Shown here: positions 7,276 through 10,581 of the stretch, in pieces
Numbering within the stretch: position 1 is the first letter of the stretch
Layout: every line of letters begins with the position of its first letter
Assembly (NCBI GenBank): GCA_964416155.1
Contig: CAYQCW010000021.1
Location: forward strand, 1 to 10,581
Direction: 5' to 3'
Origin: an uncultured Nitrososphaerota archaeon
Lineage (GTDB): Archaea; Thermoproteota; EX4484-205; JAAOZP01
Length of the DNA stretch: 10,581 nucleotides
Position numbers and translations under genes: made by a program
The notes under the pieces: model-generated
Databases searched by the model: none
What the model saw: the letters and a program-made list of their open reading frames with translations, nothing else
What the model was told of the DNA's origin: nothing

Positions 7276-8718
7276 TTTGATAACCTCAAACTCCTCTAAA
7301 AGTTTTAGTAGTAAGTTGTATTTAAAAAGACCTCTGCAAAGCCGCTGTTCCTCTCCGCCCCCTTTAGGCGGTTTTATGCTATACCCTCCATACGTCCCGT
7401 ACCTGTTAATCTTGGCGAACAGGACCGCCTTGGAAATTATGTTTCCCACGGGATATGTTGTGCTGGTCAGCATTGAATTGAACAGCTCAACTAAAGGTTT
7501 CCAGTCGATTTTATCTCTGGTTGTATTTAACGGGAATATTGAAAATATGTCTTCGAACCCGATGGACCATTTTTCAACTCTCTCATCGAACATTTTAGCG
7601 GCCACCAAGGAAATTTTGAAGGATGATTGGGCCAATTCTGACAATCTCATCACTGGGACATCCTGAATTAAATGTTGGAAGGAGAAGTGAGAGGAGACCC
7701 TGTATCCAAATAACAAGTTCAGGAAGCACGTCGAACCGTATGAGCTCTCGAATTCCATGAGGCTATTCACGAGCGTTTCAACTTCTTCGAGGCTCTTGTA
7801 AGCTTTTACCACATTGAAAGCCGATTGTATTTTCTGAGCAATGCCTTGTAAAGCATCATAATGCAATTTGATCCCCATGAATTTGGGTATAAGGAAGACC
7901 TTCAGTTTTACAGGAGATGCTTCTCCAATCGTTGCGGCTAAATTTTGTTCCACGAATCTCAAGCCCAGTACGAGCTTTTCCTTGCAGCCCGGACATACGA
8001 CGTGTGCTTTCAGCATATTTTCAGGTTTTCTACTTAATCCGGGCATGAAGCCTGCCTTGTCGACATTATAGATGCATAACAACGTGCCCTCCGGGTAAGC
8101 TGGGTTAGTCAACACTTTCTTTTCCTCGCCGCAAACGTGGCATCTTCCATGCAGAATTCGATATTCCTTACTTCCAGCCGCATACAGCATAAACTGCAGA
8201 AACTTTCGGTAGCCGGGCTCCTTGACCAACTCTATAACTTTTCCATCCTTCTTCACACAAACCGTAAATAGGGCAATCTCGCTCAGACGATGCCCCTTTT
8301 GGGTAAGCACTGCTTCAATATCGTAGGCATATCTCTTGTCTCGAAAGAACCCCTCCACAACCTCTCCAAGAATGCGCTGCAACCTCAAAACGTCTTCATC
8401 AGCGAGCGATCTTTCATTGATTTCGCCGATTATGCGGCCAATAGCCCACTTCCCAGGCTTGCTTGGATCAAGAAGGTACTTTGGGTCGTCGGTGGTCAGC
8501 ACGATCTGCGGCCTCTGGCCTATTGCATTGCCGACCCAGAGAAACTCTTTCGCCCTTTCCGCATCACATTTAATACTGCAGTCGCAGTCTAATTTACCGC
8601 CATCCAGATCGAAAATAATTCTGGCGAGCAATGTTCCTCTGCCCTTAACCCTTTCGGGAAGGAACTCGAACCCGCCCGAGGACAGCACCTCGCCGATTTC
8701 TTTCAACGCACTAAGCAT
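6868..8718 (-). CDS. cas8b: Type I-B large subunit Cas8b (Csh1/TM1802-like)
   Basis: 616 aa between cas6 and cas7. MLSALKEIG start, Zn-finger pairs CHVC...CPGC, YNVDKAGF, and C-terminal ALFLLGVLVG...FYILSGY. TAATG overlap with cas6 and a GAGGTGG RBS. Confidence 0.9.
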   Translation of the reverse strand: MLSALKEIGEVLSSGGFEFLPERVKGRGTLLARIIFDLDGGKLDCDCSIKCDAERAKEFLWVGNAIGQRPQIVLTTDDPKYLLDPSKPGKWAIGRIIGEINERSLADEDVLRLQRILGEVVEGFFRDKRYAYDIEAVLTQKGHRLSEIALFTVCVKKDGKVIELVKEPGYRKFLQFMLYAAGSKEYRILHGRCHVCGEEKKVLTNPAYPEGTLLCIYNVDKAGFMPGLSRKPENMLKAHVVCPGCKEKLVLGLRFVEQNLAATIGEASPVKLKVFLIPKFMGIKLHYDALQGIAQKIQSAFNVVKAYKSLEEVETLVNSLMEFESSYGSTCFLNLLFGYRVSSHFSFQHLIQDVPVMRLSELAQSSFKISLVAAKMFDERVEKWSIGFEDIFSIFPLNTTRDKIDWKPLVELFNSMLTSTTYPVGNIISKAVLFAKINRYGTYGGYSIKPPKGGGEEQRLCRGLFKYNLLLKLLEEFEVIKMLESKTDSVKIPDESVEAFFSAIGYTEWQKALFLLGVLVGKIGAEQYNKGDEKKAVLNKINFEGMSAERVKLLANHVLGGLRNYRVLDDRNEAIYACMKMMLDRNLEALRNPIDNVFYILSGYAYATLQTITSWR

Positions 8719-9452
8719 TAAACCACCTCAAACATTCCAAATCCCTGAGAGTTTTTAGCGCCGAGGCCCGCCTCATACGCCGTCTCAATAAGCGCTCTTG
8801 GGCCGGTCAAGGAAAAATCCCCTATCCAACCCTTTATCACGGTACTTTCATACATCACAACCACTTCCTTAACCCTCAGAGGCTTAACCCTAATGTCCGA
8901 TTTTATATTCATGCCCGAAAGCAAAAAATGCTTCTTTTTTATATTGGAGTTTACGAGAGCTGAAAACTCTTTCTCGTAGGGTGAGAAATAATATGTCTTT
9001 TTCTTGCCGTTGTAAGTCATAAGGGTGCTGTATACCGTTAAGGGGGAAAGCATATGGATCCTCAACTTGTCATTTTTCATAACAGGCTTTGCTGGGAAAG
9101 CCAACTCAGCCACTCTAAGTGTTTGTTTGCCCAAGGCAATTGAGCCCCTTGACACAATTATGTTTGCAAGATCCTCGACAAATTTTTCAATTGGAGAAGA
9201 AATATACAAAATCACATCACCTTCGTAAACGAACCGTTTGCTACCTTTATCCAACACGCAACGTCCTTCAAGCCTTGAAAAGGTAAACATTTTGAAACGC
9301 CTTTTGCCGAAAAGAAAGCCTTTGTCGTGCAGAAAATCAGCTAACTCTCGTGAGATGTTGCGATAAATGGCAGCTTGAATGAGGTAGTTGTAATTTGTGG
9401 GCAAAACAATACGTCCGCTTTCTGGGCTTCTAAGCGTTAATCGCGCTCTCAC
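8718..9452 (-). CDS. cas6: CRISPR-associated endoribonuclease Cas6
   Basis: LHDKG, FKMFTFS, LSPLTV and the C-terminal G-rich loop GLGAKNSQGFG. GTG start with AGGTGG (9468-9463) upstream. Confidence 0.97.
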   Translation of the reverse strand: MRARLTLRSPESGRIVLPTNYNYLIQAAIYRNISRELADFLHDKGFLFGKRRFKMFTFSRLEGRCVLDKGSKRFVYEGDVILYISSPIEKFVEDLANIIVSRGSIALGKQTLRVAELAFPAKPVMKNDKLRIHMLSPLTVYSTLMTYNGKKKTYYFSPYEKEFSALVNSNIKKKHFLLSGMNIKSDIRVKPLRVKEVVVMYESTVIKGWIGDFSLTGPRALIETAYEAGLGAKNSQGFGMFEVV

Positions 9453-9462
9453 GGATCGAAAG

Positions 9463-9510
9463 CCACCTTGAACATTAAATTATTTATTGCAGTTGCTTTT
9501 AAAGATAGTG
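9463..9510 (-). promoter_or_regulatory. Putative cas operon promoter (TATA-like TTTAAAAG) and cas6 RBS
   Basis: Minus-strand TTTAAAAG at 9503-9496 would place an archaeal-type start near 9472, just before the AGGTGG RBS. No clear BRE, and the region is AT-rich so chance matches are possible. Confidence 0.45.
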
Positions 9511-9534
9511 TGCATAATTAAGTATCATAAGTTG

Positions 9535-9605
9535 TTTCTTTTAGTCGCTGCTAAAAGAAATGCTTGAAAATTAGCTTTTCAATTATCAAAACTTTTTAGA
9601 AAAAG
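9535..9605. repeat. Three tandem inverted repeats
   Basis: TTTCTTTTAG-N6-CTAAAAGAAA (9535-9560), TTGAAAA-N5-TTTTCAA (9564-9582) and CTTTTT-N2-AAAAAG (9592-9605). Confidence 0.75.
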
Positions 9606-9635
9606 ATGGGGGTTGAGTGGGGTTTGTTGAATTTT

Positions 9636-10076
9636 CTATTTGATGTATGGCAGAATCGTTACGGATTCCCGGACTTTCCAGATGCTTAAAAATCTGAGTA
9701 GGACTGGTTTGTAGGTCCATGTTTCGTAAAGTGGCAACTGATCATAGGCATGTGGGCTGATGACAATTTTGTTGTCTACGAGGTGTATGAATCCGCTTTG
9801 GCCCGGTGGTATAACGTTTACTGCTTTTGGTGGTTTGAGCCAGTTCCATTTGGGCATTTCCGCAATATGGTTGTAGGTGCCACGATTCATATAATGCATT
9901 GTCGGCGCTGGCAAAGCTCCCAGTCGACTGAATTTTACTATGCGGATGGGAGTAAGCCACTTTGACATGTCAGCTCCATACTTTCGAGTTAGATTACCAA
10001 TAGTCCATTCTAGAACACGAACGATGACCTGGTTTCTATTTTCTCCGTTGAGATAGTCATATTTTAGAGGCAGTTT
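9636..10076 (-). pseudogene. C-terminal fragment of a penicillin acylase family (Ntn-hydrolase, peptidase S45) gene
   Basis: LTRKYGADMSKW, MNRGTYNH, NVIPPGQSGFI and HAYDQLPLYETW resemble the C-terminus of the penicillin G acylase beta chain. Only ~146 codons of a typically ~800-aa protein remain, with no catalytic N-terminal Ser region and no credible start. The 5' boundary is approximate. Confidence 0.8.
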
Positions 10077-10096
10077 AAAATAGTGAGGTGGAGAGA

Positions 10097-10408
10097 ATGC
10101 CAAAATTCTATGTAAAGTGGTGGCTGGAGCCAACTAAAGTGTCTGTTGATGTTGAACAACGGGTTAAAGGTTGGCTTTCAATGCTTGAAATGGTCAAGGC
10201 AGACCTGAATGCGGGTGTAACTAAGGACTGGGGAATAGCGGCTGGAGGAGATTACGGATACTCAATTAGTGAAGCGGCAAATGAGGCGGAACTTTTCACA
10301 CGCTTGCTTAAATGGATACCTTACGCTCACTTTGAAGTAGTGCCAGTGTTGACAGTTGATCAAGCCGCAGAATCAATTAAAAAAGCCGTAGCTTCAGCAA
10401 AGAAGTAA
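10097..10408 (+). CDS. Small conserved-looking protein (103 aa), resembles DUF3303 family / dimeric alpha-beta barrel proteins
   Basis: ATG 10097 with GAGGTG 6 nt upstream. The pattern DWG..AGG..GYSI.E......L...LLKWIPY..FEVVPVLTVDQ recalls archaeal DUF3303-like proteins; the family call is from memory only. Confidence 0.7.
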   Translation: MPKFYVKWWLEPTKVSVDVEQRVKGWLSMLEMVKADLNAGVTKDWGIAAGGDYGYSISEAANEAELFTRLLKWIPYAHFEVVPVLTVDQAAESIKKAVASAKK

Positions 10409-10410
10409 AT

Positions 10411-10470
10411 CCTAAAAACATTTTAACAGGCTCCACTTTCACCTTTTTAGGCAAAGCTTCCTTTCTTTTA
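10411..10470 (+). terminator. Possible terminator region after the small gene
   Basis: CCTAAAAA (10411-10418) and TTTTTAGG (10444-10451) form an inverted repeat, followed by the pyrimidine/T tract CTTCCTTTCTTTT. Confidence 0.3.
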
Positions 10471-10581
10471 AACACTAAAAACAATAAAACGTTAAAAACA
10501 CTTATTCTGGCAGACTTCATTCTTCCGTTAGTAACGTCTAACCGAAGCATAGTTCATGGGGCTAGCCTGACTGAAACTTTC

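Noticed and set aside
8710-8730. creTA toxin-antitoxin module between cas6 and cas8b, as in haloarchaeal I-B loci
   Set aside because: The genes overlap by 1 nt, leaving no intergenic space.
1075-9965. Antisense and alternate-frame ORFs overlapping cas genes or the acylase fragment (e.g. 7262..7666, 8336..8758, 4832..5083, 9742..9960)
   Set aside because: They lie within well-supported genes and show no recognisable motifs; treated as shadow ORFs.
10077-10133. Start of the 165-aa minus-strand ORF at 10133
   Set aside because: It overlaps the RBS and 5' end of the better-supported plus-strand gene, and the first ~19 residues show no clear acylase similarity.
10471-10581. Possible gene end at the window edge and short TAAAAACA repeats
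   Set aside because: Too little sequence to call a gene, and the A-rich words are expected in AT-rich intergenic DNA.

Overview
The window holds a complete type I-B (Hmari/Csh-like) CRISPR-Cas locus on the minus strand: cas6-cas8b-cas7-cas5-cas3-cas4-cas1-cas2, a 113-bp leader, and an array of 13 identical 30-bp repeats with 12 full spacers (36-37 bp) that probably continues past the left edge. Upstream of cas6 are a palindrome-rich AT-rich intergenic region, an orphan C-terminal fragment of a penicillin acylase gene, and a divergent ~103-aa gene resembling the DUF3303 family. BRE/TATA-like elements and GGAGGTGA-type ribosome-binding sites suggest an archaeal host (inference). The strongest hidden feature is an in-frame internal start with its own RBS inside cas8b, which would give a 135-aa Cas11b small subunit. 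Other signals are a repeat with an atypical CUUGAAAC handle, a GC shift among spacers, and three tandem inverted repeats upstream of cas6. I found no convincing evidence of a wholly new system.
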